From the human T2T-CHM13v2.0 reference genome, Homo sapiens, in NCBI RefSeq assembly GCF_009914755.1, contig NC_060938.1: a stretch of DNA of 64,000 nucleotides; one strand, written 5' to 3'. The notes below the pieces were generated by a model, which saw only the letters and a program-made list of their open reading frames with translations, made no database searches and was not told where the DNA came from. This document shows positions 21,820-38,298 of the stretch, piece after piece. Within the stretch, counting starts at the first letter, position 1, and each line of letters begins with the position of its first letter. A program made the position numbers and the translations under genes.

Positions 21820-24650
21820 GTGTTTTATTATGGGATAGTTCCAACATTGAGAACAAATTACGTAGGATAATATGAACTGAACCCACCACCTGGGCATGAC
21901 AAATATTAGCATTCTGCCATATTTGCTTTAGGTAATCATTTTTAGAAGTAAAGCATTATGAATAGAGCCCTGGTATATCATTCAGCAATCACATTTTCCT
22001 CTCTCCTCCACAGCCTTCTCAATCATGTTTGATATCTTTACCACAATCTATCCTGCTGTTTAGTAAAGATATGTTTTAATACTTTACACAAATCGTACCC
22101 CACGGTGCTTATAATGTGTGCCACTTGTTTCTTTTTTAACTCAACATTGCATTTTCAGGTTGGTCTGCATCTGTGCAGGACCAACTGTTGCAGATGCCTC
22201 TGTCTTACTAATTTCTGTGAGTTCTCTACACACGCTGGATGATGAACACTGGTCTGTCATGTGTATAACAGACCAACTACTGGATAGTACTTTGTACACA
22301 TATGCCATGGATGTATAGCCTGTGCTCACTCGCCAGCCTTCATTGTTTTGATGGGTCACTGTCATAAGGGGGGCAGCAGCCCACATTCCTGGGGAACCTT
22401 TCTTGTGCAAACATGCAACATGGTCCCTAGTCTAGGAGAGAGGGACTTTGCCAGGTGGAGGGACATGCCTGGTTCCAGCTTCACTAGGAGTAGCCAAATG
22501 GCTCTTTGAAAGGTGGAGCCAATGAACCTTCCCTTCAGCATGGGCTAAGCGCTCCCTCGCCCACTGCCAGCTTTTTTACTCTTAGATCCCTAATCTTTGT
22601 TAATCTGATGACTGTAAAACAAAAGGTTACTTTAATTTGCATTTTCCTGGTAACTGGGGAGAGTCTGCATCTTTTCACGGTCATTGCATGTCTCATTTCC
22701 TTTTCTGTTAATTGTGAGTTTGTATCATTCGCCTGGTTTTCACTGAGTTCATTACACAGTAAACATGCATATGTAAGCACATATATCTTTACTGAAACAA
22801 CAGGATACATTGTAGTAAAGATTTCAAACATGATTGATAAGACTGTCAAGGAGAGAAGAAAATGGGACTGGTAGATGACATACCAGGGCTCCACTTTATT
22901 CATAAATGTTTCACTTCTCTTTGTCTCATTGATTTGTGTGAGCTCTTTATATGAGATGGATAATCATCGTCTGCCTGTTATGTTTATAGCAAACATTTCC
23001 TCCTGAGTGTGGCCGGTCTTTTGACTTTCAGCTTTGTTTATGGCATCTTTTGTTGTATAGAAGCTATTAATCATAACATAGTCAACTTTATCAAATTTCA
23101 GTTTTATGGGGTTTACGTTTGTATGTCTTACTTGAGAAACTTTTCTGGGCCAGGCGCAGTGGCTCACACCTGTAATTCCACCTCTTTGGGACGCTGAGGC
23201 AGGTGGATCACTTGAAGTCAGGAGTTCAAGACCAGCCTGGCCAATATGGTGAAACCCGTCTCTACTAAAAATACAAAAATTAGCCTGGTGTGGTGGTGTG
23301 TGCCTGTAATCCCAGCTACTCAGGAGGCTGAGGCAGGAGAATCACTTGAACCTGGGAAGTGGAGGTTGCAGTGTGCCACTGCATTCCAGCCTGGGCAACA
23401 GAGCAAGACTCCATCTCAAAAAAAAAAAAAAAAAGAAAGGAACTTTTCTGTATTTTGACATCATAAAGCTATTTCACTGTAGTTTATTCTAAATGTTTTA
23501 AAGTTTTGCATTTCGTATGTAGGACTTTAACCCATCTGAGCTTTATTACCGGTGCAGTGTTAGATAATAATGTGAATATTTTACCTTTCTATCAGTGGCA
23601 TTTGACCAACAAACCCCCATTCCTGTTGACGTATGGATCCCTGTGGTGCACAGCAGGTTTCCACTCCGTGCAGGTCTGCTTTTGCCTTTCTGTTCTGTTC
23701 TGCTGATCTGTTTATTCTTGAATAGTCTTTATCAAAACTAGAGGAAATCGCTGGCTATTTGTTAGAGAAAACATCTCTACCCTCTGCTTCTTCTTCAAAC
23801 CTGTCTTCACCATCTTTGGTCCTTTGCTATTCCATGTGAAGGAATAATCCACCTTATCAGGTGCCAGGAGAAAATGCTGCTAGGATTTGAATGAAATTGC
23901 ATTTAATTTATTGATTATTTTACAGGAAAACAGAACATTTGAAACTGAGTTTTTGCATTCATGATGTAGCCTTCCAATTAGTTAAATCTTTGTCTATAGC
24001 CCTTAATAAAATTGTATTAGTTTCTCATTTAAGATGTCCCACATCTTTATTATACTTATTTCTAAATACCTCAGTGTTTTATTGCTATTGCGAATGGTGT
24101 GTTTTTTCTATTACAGTCTCCAATTAGTGTTGGCTATTGCATAGCCATGCTGTGGACTTTTATATCTTCTTATATTAAACCTCATTAGCTCTCATTGTAA
24201 ATTCTTAGAAAATTTTATGCAGAAAGTTATATTGTCTACCCCAAAAATATGAAAATGTATGTCTCCTCCTTTCCAATCCTCACTCCTCTTTTTCCATCTT
24301 GGCCTGTAACATTGGCTAGATCATCAGACCATGCTGAGTGATGGCTATGAGAGAGTCAACTCCCTGTTTTCCACTTTAATGGGACTGCATCTGGAGTTTC
24401 GCGGGAAGCTTGAGGCTTGCTGCAGGCTGGCCGTGGTGGCCTTTTATCAGGCGAAGGTCGTCCTTGTAGCTTTTGTTATCTACGAGCCTCTGCTGGGAAG
24501 GAGGGTGAAATAAATGTGGGTTACATCCTCTGAGATGACCATAGCTTCTCTCCTGAGACCTGCTGATGAGGCTGATGATAAAAGTGGATTGCCTAGCGAT
24601 ACTTTATGCTTATGTTCCCAGGACAAAGCTTGCTTGGTCATAATTGATTC
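21820..24650 (-). mobile_element. Ancient L1 (L1ME/L1M5-like) fragments
   Basis: T-rich degenerate L1 3'/ORF2 antisense signatures, e.g. TTTAATTTGCATTTTCCTG and GGATTTGAATGAAATTGCATTTAATTTATTG. Confidence 0.65.
23148..23437 (+). mobile_element. AluS SINE
   Basis: GGCCAGGCGCAGTGGCTCAC...poly-A; TSD AACTTTTCT; small deletion in the right arm. Confidence 0.93.
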
Positions 24651-26147
24651 TGCAGCCAGTTGCCCATCCTCACCCCTGGTGTGGCCAGCCAGGCTGGCGG
24701 TGTGCCCACCCTCTGCTGACCACTGGCTCTTGCTGATGACCCCCACCCCCACATATACACATAGCTCAATGGACAAAAAATTCTAGGAAGAGACTGGAGC
24801 CATTATCCAGGTATCTATTACCAAAGAGCCTCCCATAGTGGGGTAGTTCCATCAAAAGTAGTAACCGACCCAGGGAATAGGTGGATGTATTTCTCTCCAG
24901 AGCAAAAAGGTTGATGCATACACATCTGTTCTACCAAATAGGCAATCTGGTGACTGTTGGGCTAGGGATCTGAGGGCCTCTCTGGGTTCTCCAAGTGCAT
25001 TCTCTCCCAATGCCGGGATGCAGGGCCTGCCTCCTCTGAGTGGCTGTCATCCGCTCTGTCTCTAGGACGATGCACCCACAGCACCATCAGCCCAGCACAG
25101 CACCCACCGCATTCCTTGCTGCCCTCCGACGGCTCAGGTGTCCCAGACGTTGGGTGCAGTCTAGCAATGGGGTGGCAGGGCCGTGACTGGACTCCTGGCA
25201 TCTCTTATGTTAGATTTCTTTCCTCTGCTCAATGCCCCCCACCCCGAAAGGAAAAGATGTGTTCCAGGGCAGAGGATGCGAGTTGAATTCACCCATTGAA
25301 GTTAGGGGTACCGTTGACAGGGGCAGCGGTCAGACACAGCCATGGGTCAGCAGTGCATAAAAACGATTTGGGAGTCATGAGGCTGAGGATGGCATCTGAC
25401 ACCACGGGAGCATGTCTGACTCACTCACACGCCCGCCATGGGGCTGAGGGTGAGCTGATGAAGGAAGAAAGGAAAGAGGAGCTGGCAGATAAATTGGTTT
25501 TAAAATGACTTACAATGTTGTGATTCATTGGTTACTCCCTGGGCCTCCCCTCGCCTGCTCCTGACACTGGGACTCACCGTGGAGGTGTCTGGACCGTGCT
25601 CCGGGGGGCAGCTTCAAGCATCCCCAGGTGTCTCCTTCAGCCATTCTCATTACTCTGCTCCAGTGGTCTCTGACCGGTCACTGCTGTGGGAGAGAAAAGC
25701 TATCCCTTTATGTCACTTCGTTGCAGAATTTGTGACTCGCAAAATATTAACTGACTGATGTTTAGAGACACGTCGTCCTTGGCAGAACTGGAGGAACAAC
25801 TTCCCTTGAAAAGCTTCAGAGGCAGGTGGCTTTGGCCACCTGGCCCTCCTAGTGGCACTGGTCTCTTTCTTTCAAGTCAAGGGCAGAGACTTGGGGCGTC
25901 TGATGCGACTTTCCACTTTAAATCATGGAAGAGGAATGCTGGAAGCACGGCTGTGTCCCTCCCTTCTCAGATCAACCTACCCACCTCTTCTGAAATGGAT
26001 GCTGGCTCCTGGGTGGACTGAGTCCTCCCTGCTCCAGACAGGGGGCAGTAGAAAGAGGTTGAGAGCAGTAGCAACTTGGAAGACTTACAAGGCTTACTCA
26101 TAAACATGTAGATTGCCTAGTGATAATGTAGATAAAGGTATCACTAG

Positions 26148-26500
<353 letters not shown>

Positions 26501-26514
26501 ATTGTGCACTGCAT

Positions 26515-26790
26515 GTGCTTTATTTTGTTGCTCAGATTATTCCAGCTTTGGCTATTGGGAGCTCTTTCAGTTGGTTCCTGTGTCCCTCTGGCATAATCTC
26601 ATTCTTGTGGGGGTTTTAAACACTTCTTTACCTCCTGGCACTACACGATGCTCTAGGCCCCTCTTGTATAATCCTTACCCTAGCCCTAGAATCAGCCATT
26701 TATCTAAAGATTTCTGATTCCTTTTATTGGAGAGAGACTTTAGAAACCAAGATGTGGGCACTGGGTGCACTTATTGTGACTGGAGTGTCA
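26515..26790 (-). mobile_element. L1MC/L1MD 3'-UTR fragment
   Basis: TTGCTCAGATTATTCCAGCTTTGGCTATTGGGAGCTC..TTAGAAACCAAGATGTGGGC; inverse homolog of 56470-57240. Confidence 0.7.
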
Positions 26791-27209
26791 ATGGAAATTC
26801 TGGAGATTAAAAGTATAATGATTAAAGCGGAAAATTTACTAGAGAGGTTTGATGGTAGATTTGAATTGGCAGAAGAGATCACCAACTAATTTAATGACAA
26901 ATCAATACAAAGTATTCAATTTGAAGAAGAGATAGAAAAAAACTAACAGAGCTTCCGTGAAATGTGGAACACCACTAAGCACCCTGACCTGCACATATTG
27001 GGAGTGCCAGAGGAGAGGAGAAATAGGAGGAGACAGGAAAAGTACTCAAAGAAATAATGGCTAAAAACTTTCCGAATCTGATGAAAAGTACTAGCCTCAC
27101 ATCCAGGAAGCTCAATATGGCAAGTGGGATAAAAACAAAGAGAAACACACCCAAACACATCATAATCAAAATGTTAGAGACAAACACAAACAGAAAATTT
27201 TGAAAGCAG

Positions 27210-28055
27210 TTGATGACAGAAAAATCCAAATGTTGCCAAAATATATTTAAAGAGGTTTACTCTGGGCCAATATGTTTGACTATGGCCCAGGTTACACAAT
27301 CTCAAGAGGTCCTGAGAAAGTGTGCCTGAGGTGGTTGGGTTATAGTTTGGTTTTACACATTTCAGGGAGACAGGAATTGCAGGTAAAATAATAAATCAAT
27401 ATGAGAAGGGTGCACATTGGTTTGGCTGGAACAGGCGGGACATCTCAAAGTGGGGGCTTACAAGTCATAGGTGGGTTTAGGGGATTCTTCAGTTGCCAGT
27501 TGGTTGAGAGAGTTAAGCTATTGTCTAAGGACTTGAAATCAGTAGAAAAGAATGCCTGAGTTAAGATTAGGGAGTTTTGGAGACCATGTTCTTATTATGT
27601 AGATGAAGCCTCATGGGTGGCAGCTCTCAGAGATATGATAGCTGATGAGTGACTCTTTTCAGACTTTAAAGGTGTCAGGCTCTCCCTTAATCTCTCCTGG
27701 ATCTGAGAAAACCTCCTGGAAGGGAAAATACCTGGTTATATTCATGGAGATTCTCTATAGCTGCAAATTGTCCCCATAAAAGATGGCTTTGCAGGGCCAT
27801 TTTAATCTGTTGGCACTGTGGCAGCCATTGCAAAGTACATTAAAGAAATATATTTTGTGGTAAAATATTTTTATTAATATGTCCTTTAGAGTCTGCTATC
27901 TGTCATGTGATATTATACCAAAGTCAAGTGGAAAGCAAGCCACATTTTATAAAAACCTGTCTGATGAGATTTTTATGGTTTGTAGAGCATGACTCCCCAG
28001 TCCCCTTAGATAGGTATTTGGGCAAGAGAAAAAAGGTCCCCATTTACTCCTCACA
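27210..28055 (-). mobile_element. MER4-group ERV1 solo LTR inserted in L1 ORF1
   Basis: GAGGTTTACTCTGGGCCAATATG..GAGGTCCTGAGAAAGTGTGCC..TTTCAGGGAGACAGG; L1 sequence AAAGCAG|GCAAGAG resumes on either side. Confidence 0.75.
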
Positions 28056-28893
28056 GCAAGAGAAAAAAAAAAAGCAATTCATGCAAAGGGACACCAATAA
28101 GATTAACAACTAAATTCATTAGAAATAATAGAAGCCAGATGGCAGCGGAATGAAATAGTCAGTGTTGAAAGACAAAACACTGTCAACCAAAAATCTTATT
28201 TCCAGCAAAACCATCTTGAAATATAAAGGTGAAATAAAGACATTCCCAGATAAAAACTGAGATAATTTATTGCTAGCAAATCTGCCTTACAAGAAATACT
28301 AAAGGAAGTTCTTCAGACTGAAAGCAAGCAACACAAGATAGTAATTCAAATCCACACAAATAAACAAAAGTGTCAGTAAAGGTACTTATATAGATAATTA
28401 CAAAAGACTGCATAATTGCATACTTTCCCTTTATTTTCTTGCCTTACTTAAAAAGTAATTACATAAAACAATATATGTAATATACAGGTGTATTGTTGGG
28501 CCTCAAAATGGCATCAAAAAATGGGGAGAGAATGGAGGAATATAAGGGTAAAGCTATATTTCTCTGGAAATAAGTCAGTATAAATCTGATATATTAAGAT
28601 ATACACTGTAAGCCCTAGGGAAACTGCAAAAAAAAAAAAAAAAAAAACTCAAAATACAATGTAAACATTATTTAAGAAATTAGTGATATCTAGTGTTGCA
28701 TTAGAAAATATCTACTTAATACAAAGTAAAACAATAAAGGATAAATCATGTAACAAAGATGATAAGAGACCTATAGAAAAAGGTAAAATGTCAGATGTCA
28801 ATCTAACTATATCAATCATAACATTAAATATGAAAGAATTAAACAATCCAATCAAAAGGCAGAGATTGTCAGACTGAATTTTTAAAAGATCGA

Positions 28894-29207
<314 letters not shown>

Positions 29208-29365
29208 TCAAATTACATGTTGTTTACAAGAGACACATTTTACAAGCAAAGATACAAATGGGTTGAAAGAAAGGGTGGAAAAGAATACACCATGTAAACA
29301 ACAATTATAAAAGACTTGGAGTGGCTTTCCTATGATCAGACAAAATACGCTTTAAAACAAACAAG

Positions 29366-29665
<300 letters not shown>

Positions 29666-31181
29666 ACAAGTAAAAAGGTTACTAGAGATAAAGAGGAACA
29701 TCTTACAATGATAAAAGGGTTAATTCATAAAGAAGCTAAAACAATTATAAACATATATGCAACTAGCAAGAGAGCCCACAAACATTGGAGATAAAACTGA
29801 CAGAACTGAAATGGGAAATAGATCATTCAACAATAATAGTTAGGGACTTTAATATCCCACTTTCAATAATGAATAGAGCAACTAAAGCAGAAGACCAATA
29901 CGGAAATAGAATTGAACACTGGAAACAACTAGACCTAAAAAACACCAATGAATATGCCACCAACAGCTGTAGAATATGCATTCTTCTCAAGTACACGTGG
30001 AACGCTCCTTGAGATAGATCATTAAACACAATTGTCTTGTGTTAGACAATTAAGCACATCCCCATAAACTTAAAATATTTAAATGATACAAAATATTTTC
30101 TCCACCCACAATGAAATTAAATTAGAAATCAATAATAAAAGCAAATTTAAAATTCACAAATAGTGGGAAATAATATACCTCTAAATAACTAATGTGTCAA
30201 AGAGGAAATTTCAAGGGAAATCGGAAGATTCATTTAGATGAATAAAAATGAAAACACAGCATACCAAAACTTGAGATGCAAATAAGCAAATAAAGACGCT
30301 CAGAGAAAATTTATACCTGTATCTATATTTTAAAAGAAGAAAGATCTCAAATTAATTACCTAGCCTTCCAATCTCAGAAAGTAGAAAAGCAAGAGTAAAC
30401 TAAACCCAAAGCAAACAAAAGGAAGGAAATAACCAAGATTAGAGTAGAAATAAAGGAAATAAAGAATATAAAACAATAAAGTCGACAAAACCTAAAGTTT
30501 TGTTCTTTTGAACACAGGTTTGGTTCTTTGAATAGATGAACAAAAGTGACAAATCTTTAGCTATACTGGCCAAGAAAAAAAAGAGAGAAGACTCAAGCCA
30601 CTAAAATCTATAAGATGTCTGATCTTACAGAAATGAAAAGGAGAATAAGGGAATGCTATAAACAACTGTCTGCCACCAAATTAGACAATTTAGATGAAAT
30701 AGACAAATTCCTGGAGAGAGAAAACTACTGAAACTGGTTCAAGATAAAATAGAAAACCTTAACAGACTTATAACAAGTAAAGAGATAGGATTAGAATTAA
30801 AAAAACAAAACAAAACTTCGCATTAAGGAAAGCCCAGGTCCTAGATTCACTGCCAAATTCTACCAAATGTTCATAGAATTAATATCAATCTATAAGTTCA
30901 GTATTAACCTGATACAAAAACCTGACAAAGATATCATAAGGAAAAAAAATAACTCTGGTGAATCCTCTTCTGAATAGAGATGGGAAAATTCTTTAAAAAA
31001 AAAATACTAGCAAACTAAATCCAGCAACATATAAAAAGGATTATGTACCATGACCAAGTGGAATTTATCCCAGAAGTACAAGGTTAATTTATCATTAAAA
31101 AAAATCAATTAATGTAACACACCATATTAATAGAATAAAGGACAAAAATCATATTATCATCTCAATGCAGAAAAAGTACTA

Positions 31182-31685
<504 letters not shown>

Positions 31686-32839
31686 TTAGGCAAGAAAATG
31701 AAATAAAAGCATTCAGATTAGAAAAGATGTAAAACTATCTCTGTTTGCAAATAATATTATTTTGTATGTTTAAAAAACCCCAAAGAATCCACAAAATAAA
31801 AATCATTAGAGCTAATAAGTGGCTTAAACAAATTTGAAGGATACAGGATTAACATATTAAGACAAAAATCAGTGTATTTCTATATACTACGAAAGAATAC
31901 TCTGAAAATAAAATTAGGAGAAAAATCCGTTACTAATTGCATTCAAAACATAAAATCTTTAAGTATAATTTAAACAAAATAAGTGTAAACCTTGTACACT
32001 GAAAACTATAAACATTGTTGAAATAAACTGAAAACAATCAACATTAATGGAGACATATCATGTTCATGGGTCAGAAGATTTATTATTGTTAAAATGACAG
32101 TACTGCCCAAATCAACCTACAGAGTCATCTCAATCCCTATCAAAATCCCAACTGACTGTTTTATAGAAATTGACAAACTGACTCTAAAATTCATTTGGAA
32201 ACACAAGGGACTCAGAATAGCAAAGAAAACAAATTGAAAACAAAGAATAAAGTTGAAAGACTCACACTTCCTGATTTCAAAACTTACTACAAAGTGACAG
32301 TAATCGAGACAATGTGATACTGTCATGAAGACAGACACACAGATCAATAGAATAGAATTGGGAGTCCAGAAATTAACCTTTTCATTCATAGCCAATTGGT
32401 TTTCAACAAGGTGCTGAGACAGTTAAGTGGGGGAAAGAAGAGTCTTTTCAATAAATGGCATTGGGACAGCTATATTTCCACATGCAAAAGAATGAATAAC
32501 CCCTAATTCATACCATACACAAAAATTAAAACTCAAAATAGATCGTAAACCTCAATGTCTATGAGATAAGAGTTAAAACTACAGAACTCTTAGAAGAAAA
32601 CATAAAAGTCAATCTTCATGACCTTGGGTTAGGCAATGGTTTCTTAAATAGCACACCAAGAGCACAAACAGAAACATCAACCAAAAATAGATAAACTGGG
32701 CCATATCAAAATTTAAACTTTTATGCTACAAATAATACCACCAAGAAAGCAAAAGTAGAACACCATAGAATTGGAGAAAATATTTTCAAGTCATATATCT
32801 GCTAGAGGCCTTATATCCACTATATATTTAAAAATTCTT

Positions 32840-33132
32840 GGCCGGGCACAGTGGCTCATGCCTATAATCCCAGCACTTTGGGAGGCCAAGGCGGGCGGAT
32901 CACGAGTTCAGGAGATTGAGACCATCCTGGCTAACATGGTGAAACCCCGTCTCTACTAAAAATACAAAAAATTAGCCGGGCGTGGTGGCGGGTGCCTGCA
33001 GTCCCAGTTACTCGGGATGCTGAGGCAGGAGAATGGCATGAACCCAGGAGGTGGAGTTTGCAGTGAGCCAGGCTGCACTCCAGCCTGGGTGACAGACAGA
33101 GTGAGACTCCATCTCAAAAAAAAAAAAAAAAA
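32840..33132 (+). mobile_element. AluY-like SINE
   Basis: GAGAATGGCATGAACCC and ACCATCCTGGCTAAC; TSD AAAAATTCTT; short deletion in the right arm. Confidence 0.92.
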
Positions 33133-35439
33133 ATTCTTATAGCTCAATAACAAAAAGACAAAAATACCATTTAAAAGGGGGCAAAGGGCTTAAATAGACA
33201 TTCCTTCAAAGTAAATATACAAAAGGCCAATAAGCACGTGAAAAGCTGTTCAATATCTTTATTCATCAGGGAGGTAGAAACCAAAACCACAACCAGATTC
33301 TACCCCACATCCTGAGGACGTCTAGGATCAAGAAGACAGACAATGACAGCTGCAGACGAGGATATGAAGGAACTGGAAGCTGATGGGGTTGCAACATGCT
33401 GTAGCTGCTTTGGAAACAGGTTGGCAATTTCTTATAATGTTAAACATAGATTTACCATATGACCTGGTAATTCCACTCTTAAGTGTATATACCCAAAATA
33501 AATGAAAACACATGTCCACAATTTTTATATGCAAATTTTCATAGCAGCACTATTCGTAATAGACAAAAATTGAAATAACTCAAATATTCATCAACCAATA
33601 AATGAATAAATAAAATGCATTCTATCAGTACAATGAAATATTATTTGGCAATGAAAAGGAAATGAAATACTGATAAATTCCACAAAATGTTGATAGTGAT
33701 GAACCTTGAAAACATGCTAAGTGCAAGAAGTCGGTAACAAAGAACCACATATTATAGGATTGCATTTGTAATAAAGTGTCTAAAACAGGCCAATCCATAG
33801 AGACAGAAAATGGATTAGAATTTTCTTAGAGCTGGGAAGTGAGCAGAGAGGAATATGAATGACTGTTAATGGATAAAGGGTTTCTTTTATGAGAAACAAA
33901 AATGTTCTAAAGTTAGATTATGATGGTGGTTGCACAACCCTGTGAATGGTGAATGTACTAAAGCACATCAATTTGTACACTTTAGGTGACTCATATGGTA
34001 TGCAAATTATATCTTGATGAAACTGTTTCTTTTTTTAAAAAAAGTCACCAGGTTTAAACAGGTCAAAGCTGGCTTTCTCTATATAATAATACAAATAATT
34101 TCAATGTTATTTTGAACATTCTGGGACATGGGAAAAGATGGGAAATTTTAATTGTATAAGTGAAACTTTAATTGTATAATTAAAAGAGAACAGAAAAAGA
34201 TAACTATAAACTGACTCACAATATATATGTAAAAAGAATCTGAATAAAATATTAGAAAATAGAACCCAGAAATATATTTCTAAAAATCTGCTATGACCAA
34301 GTATTATGTGTTGGTTTTCAGGAATGCAAGGGTAGTTCAATACCAAGAAACTAGCTACAAAATTTAGTATATCCATCAACCACATGATCCCATCAATAGA
34401 CACCGAAAAAGCATTTGAGGAAACTCAGCAATCGGTCCTGCAAAAAAATCTGGAGAAAAGTAATACTAAAAAGAAACTATTAAAAAAGAGATCTCAAATC
34501 CCAGCTGCTATTTGTAGGGGAATGGCTCTCCCATGGTGCCCCTACCATGTTGCACATCTCCTTACAGGCCTCCTAGAGGAGGCTTGGCCACAGTCTAAGC
34601 TGAGTCCTGGGAATGACTCCTCCTGAAGCAAGGGGAGATTAGGCTGGGGAGGAGTCAGCAAGGGCAGCCCCTGATCCGTGTGAGAATGCCTCCAAGGGTT
34701 GCTCATCCATCTCCCCGGTTTCCGTTGAGCACAAAGCTCTTCCTCACCACTCCCCTGTCATGTGGAGCTGCTGGCTTCTGTGTAGTCTGTACAAATGCTT
34801 GGCCATAGTTTAGAGAGGACTCCTCAATGGCAGAGTGACCCAACACTCAAGCCGACGATCACCAGACCTTTCTGTTTCAGTCGACCTGTGGATTAGGGGC
34901 ACCAGGACCTGACACTGCACTGGTTGTGGCTTTGCTGTCTGTGTGAGTAATGAACTGTCTTGAATCCTCTTGGCTGCTCTGTCTTCTTGGCAGCGAGGTC
35001 TATGGGAGTGAAACCTGCTGACCTCACTGCCGCTGCCACGCTCCCTTTAGGGATGACTTGGCCACCTGACACAGATAATATCCAAATCATGAAACACCAA
35101 ACTAATACAATTAAAACCAGAACTTAGCAAGGGAGGTCCACCATTTTTATTTGATATTGCACTGAGGCTTCAAGCAGATGCAAATGGCCAAGAAAATGAA
35201 ACACATACTTTAAGCGTTGGAAAAGATATAGCTATTAGTTTTCACAACCCAGATATTGTATTTAAAAATTAGAATTAAAAAGAAAATGTGATAGGATGAG
35301 ATGATGTCATATAATTATGCAGAAACAAATGCACTATCTCTTTTCAAATGATAGGCATCTAGAAACGGAAAGGGGAAGAATCAGTCTGTCCACAACAGTG
35401 ACAAAACCGTGAGCTACTTAGGGAGCAATGGAACAGGAC

Positions 35440-35890
35440 TCGGGAACTGTGTGCCCAGCATCTGCCCACTGCTGCTCGGAGCCATTTCCTGTCCTGCCCT
35501 GCTCCATACTCCAGGCTCCCTTCCCTTCTGTCTTCCAGTAGATTTGGCCAATGGGCGGTGCTGACCCAAGATTGAAGGGTGGGATGAAAGGACACGTGAG
35601 GCCCTTCTCTCCCTCTCTCTGTTCCAGTGGCACCTCCAGCTGCAGCTGGGTCTCCTCGGTGGCTGTGGGCTCCCACCTGAAAGCTCCTTTCTCCATGGTC
35701 CCAAATGGGGCTGAGAGTCTCAATATGATTAGAGCATGCTCTACACTGACCCTCCAGGCCCAGCCCTGGGGTAGAAGTGACCTCACCACCATACAAAGTA
35801 ACCCCTACAACCAGCTCCCTGCATTAAATTCCCTCTGCTTAAAAGATCTAGAGTGATTTCTGGTTTCCAGGTCAGAACCTGACTGATACA
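35440..35890 (+). mobile_element. Old ERVL-class LTR (LTR33-like)
   Basis: 3' end CATTAAATTCCCTCTGCTTAAA..GAGTGATTTCTGGTTTCC..CCTGACTGATACA. Confidence 0.55.
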
Positions 35891-36572
35891 ATCCCTATGG
35901 GATAAAAAAATGATAAAATCTTATTTAAAGACACAAAGCAGACACATTTTTCTGGATAAGAACTTTCAATTTAAAAATGTCAATTCTCTTGAAATTTATC
36001 TTTTAGTCAAATGCCATTTCATTAGATTCCCAACAGAGTTTTAGGGGTTTTGGTGTGGTCTTGTTGGGTAGAATTATGTAGACATTTTTATGGGAGGATA
36101 AATACTCGTGCAAGATGAGACAACCCTGCCACTGTACACACACTGACAACACGCCACGAGTTGGGTTAGAAAACCAGAAAATGACCTCAGGATAAGCAAG
36201 AAGATAAGACCAAGCTTCATTTGTTTCAGGGTAAACAGAAGCATCATTTAATTAATGGACTAGCACACCCAGCTGCCATCTAGAAGAAAATAAAAGTGGA
36301 TCCACTCCTTCATCTTAATCAAAACTAAATTCTAAGTGGATTAAAGACTTAAATGTAAAAGAAAGTAAAAATAAAATAAAAATACTGCAAGAAAATCTGG
36401 AAGACCATGCCAGCTAGGGTAAGGATTCCTCATTAAGCAAGACTGAAAACTCAGAAATTCTTAGAAGAAAGTATAAATATGATGGACTATAAAACAATTT
36501 AAAACTCATCTATGAATAGATACCTAAAACCAAATCAACAGACAAAGTATAAGTTTAGAAAAACAAAAAGTG

Positions 36573-36924
<352 letters not shown>

Positions 36925-37289
36925 TTATCTGTAAGATATGAAAAGTGCTTACAAATTGATAGGAGAAAAAAATCCAATAGGAAAAGGGTCAAAACAATAC
37001 ACATTCACAAAAGAGTAAATCCAAATGGCTAACATCATATAAGAAATGTTCAAAACTACCAATAATTGGTGACATGCAAGTTAAAGCCACAAGGAGCTGT
37101 CACTTAAAACCCACCTGACCAGCAAATTGAAAGGGCAGCAGGACCGATTGCAGGAGAGGATGCGAAGAAGAGAGAGCGTGCATCACTACTGCTGGGAAGC
37201 GGACATTCGGCAGCATTTTTGGAAAGTTATCTAGAAATGTCAGTTCAAAGAAACACCATCCATGCTTTTTAACCTCCAAATCCCAATCT

Positions 37290-37472
37290 GTAGTATCTGC
37301 TTGGGTAGCCACAGCACAGCAGCACACATGGTGCCCTTCACGGGAGGAAAAGGGATTCTCACACTCTCGGCGGCTGAAGGTCCGAGGTCAAGGTGGTGGC
37401 AGGGCTGCTTTATCCTGGGCCTCCCTCCTGGGCATGTGGTGTGGTCTTTTCCCTGGGTCCTCACATGGTTGT

Positions 37473-37510
<38 letters not shown>
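37290..37510 (-). mobile_element. MLT1 LTR fragment ending in a (TG)n microsatellite (about 37475-37510)
   Basis: ATTCTCACACTCTCGGCGGCTGAAGGTCCGAGGTCAAGGTGGTGGCAGGG..GTCCTCACATGG followed by about 18 TG units. Confidence 0.7.
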
Positions 37511-37511
<1 letters not shown>

Positions 37512-37580
37512 TGCTACTGTTCCCCCTGCCAGGAGGTGATGACCTATGGGTTGCCTCCATCCTGCCCAGGATGTCTGATG

Positions 37581-38298
37581 TCAGACAGAGCCTGAATCCT
37601 GTTCCCAGACTGAACACTGGTATCACTCAGACTGAGTCCAAATCCTGATCTCAGACTGAGCCTGAATCCTGATTTCAGACTAAGCCCTAAAAATTCTGCC
37701 TCAGATTGAGCTCTGACCCTGGTCTCACACTGAGCCTGAATACTGATCTCAAACTGAGTCTGAATCTTTATCTCAGACTAAGCCTGAATCCTGATTTTAG
37801 ACTAAGCCTGTATTAGTCCATTTTCACACTGCTATAAAGAACTTCCCTGAGACTGGGTAATTTATAAAGGAAAGAGGTTTAATTGACTCACAGTTCCACA
37901 TGGCTTGTGGGGAGCGCTCAGGAAACCTACGATGATGGAGGAGGGCGAAGGGGAAGCAAGTGCCTTCTTCACAAGGTGGCAGGAGAGAGAAGAGCGAAGG
38001 AGGAACTTCCAGACACTTATAAAAGCATCAGATCTCATGAGAACTCACTCACTATCATAAGAACAGCGTGGGGGAACCGCCCCATGATTCAATCACCTCC
38101 CTCCCTCAACACATGGGGATTACAATTCGAGATGAGATTTGGGTGGGGACACAGAGCGAAACCATATCAAAACCCAAATCCTGATCTCAGAGTGAGCCCA
38201 ATACTGATTTCAGACTGAGCCCTGAATCCTGATCTCATACTAAGCCTGAATCTTGATCTCAGGCTGAGCTATAAATCCTTGTCTCAGACTGAACCCTG
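37581..38298. repeat. Degenerate 24-bp minisatellite (TCAGACTGAGCCTGAATCCTGATC), ~16 units, split by an MST LTR
   Basis: About 10 units at 37581-37808 and about 6 units at 38170-38298. Confidence 0.88.
37809..38169 (-). mobile_element. MSTA/THE1D-like MaLR solo LTR
   Basis: TGTATTAGTCCATTTTCACACTGCTATAAAG...GGGGACACAGAGCGAAACCATATCA; near-TSD AAGCC/AAACC. Confidence 0.9.
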
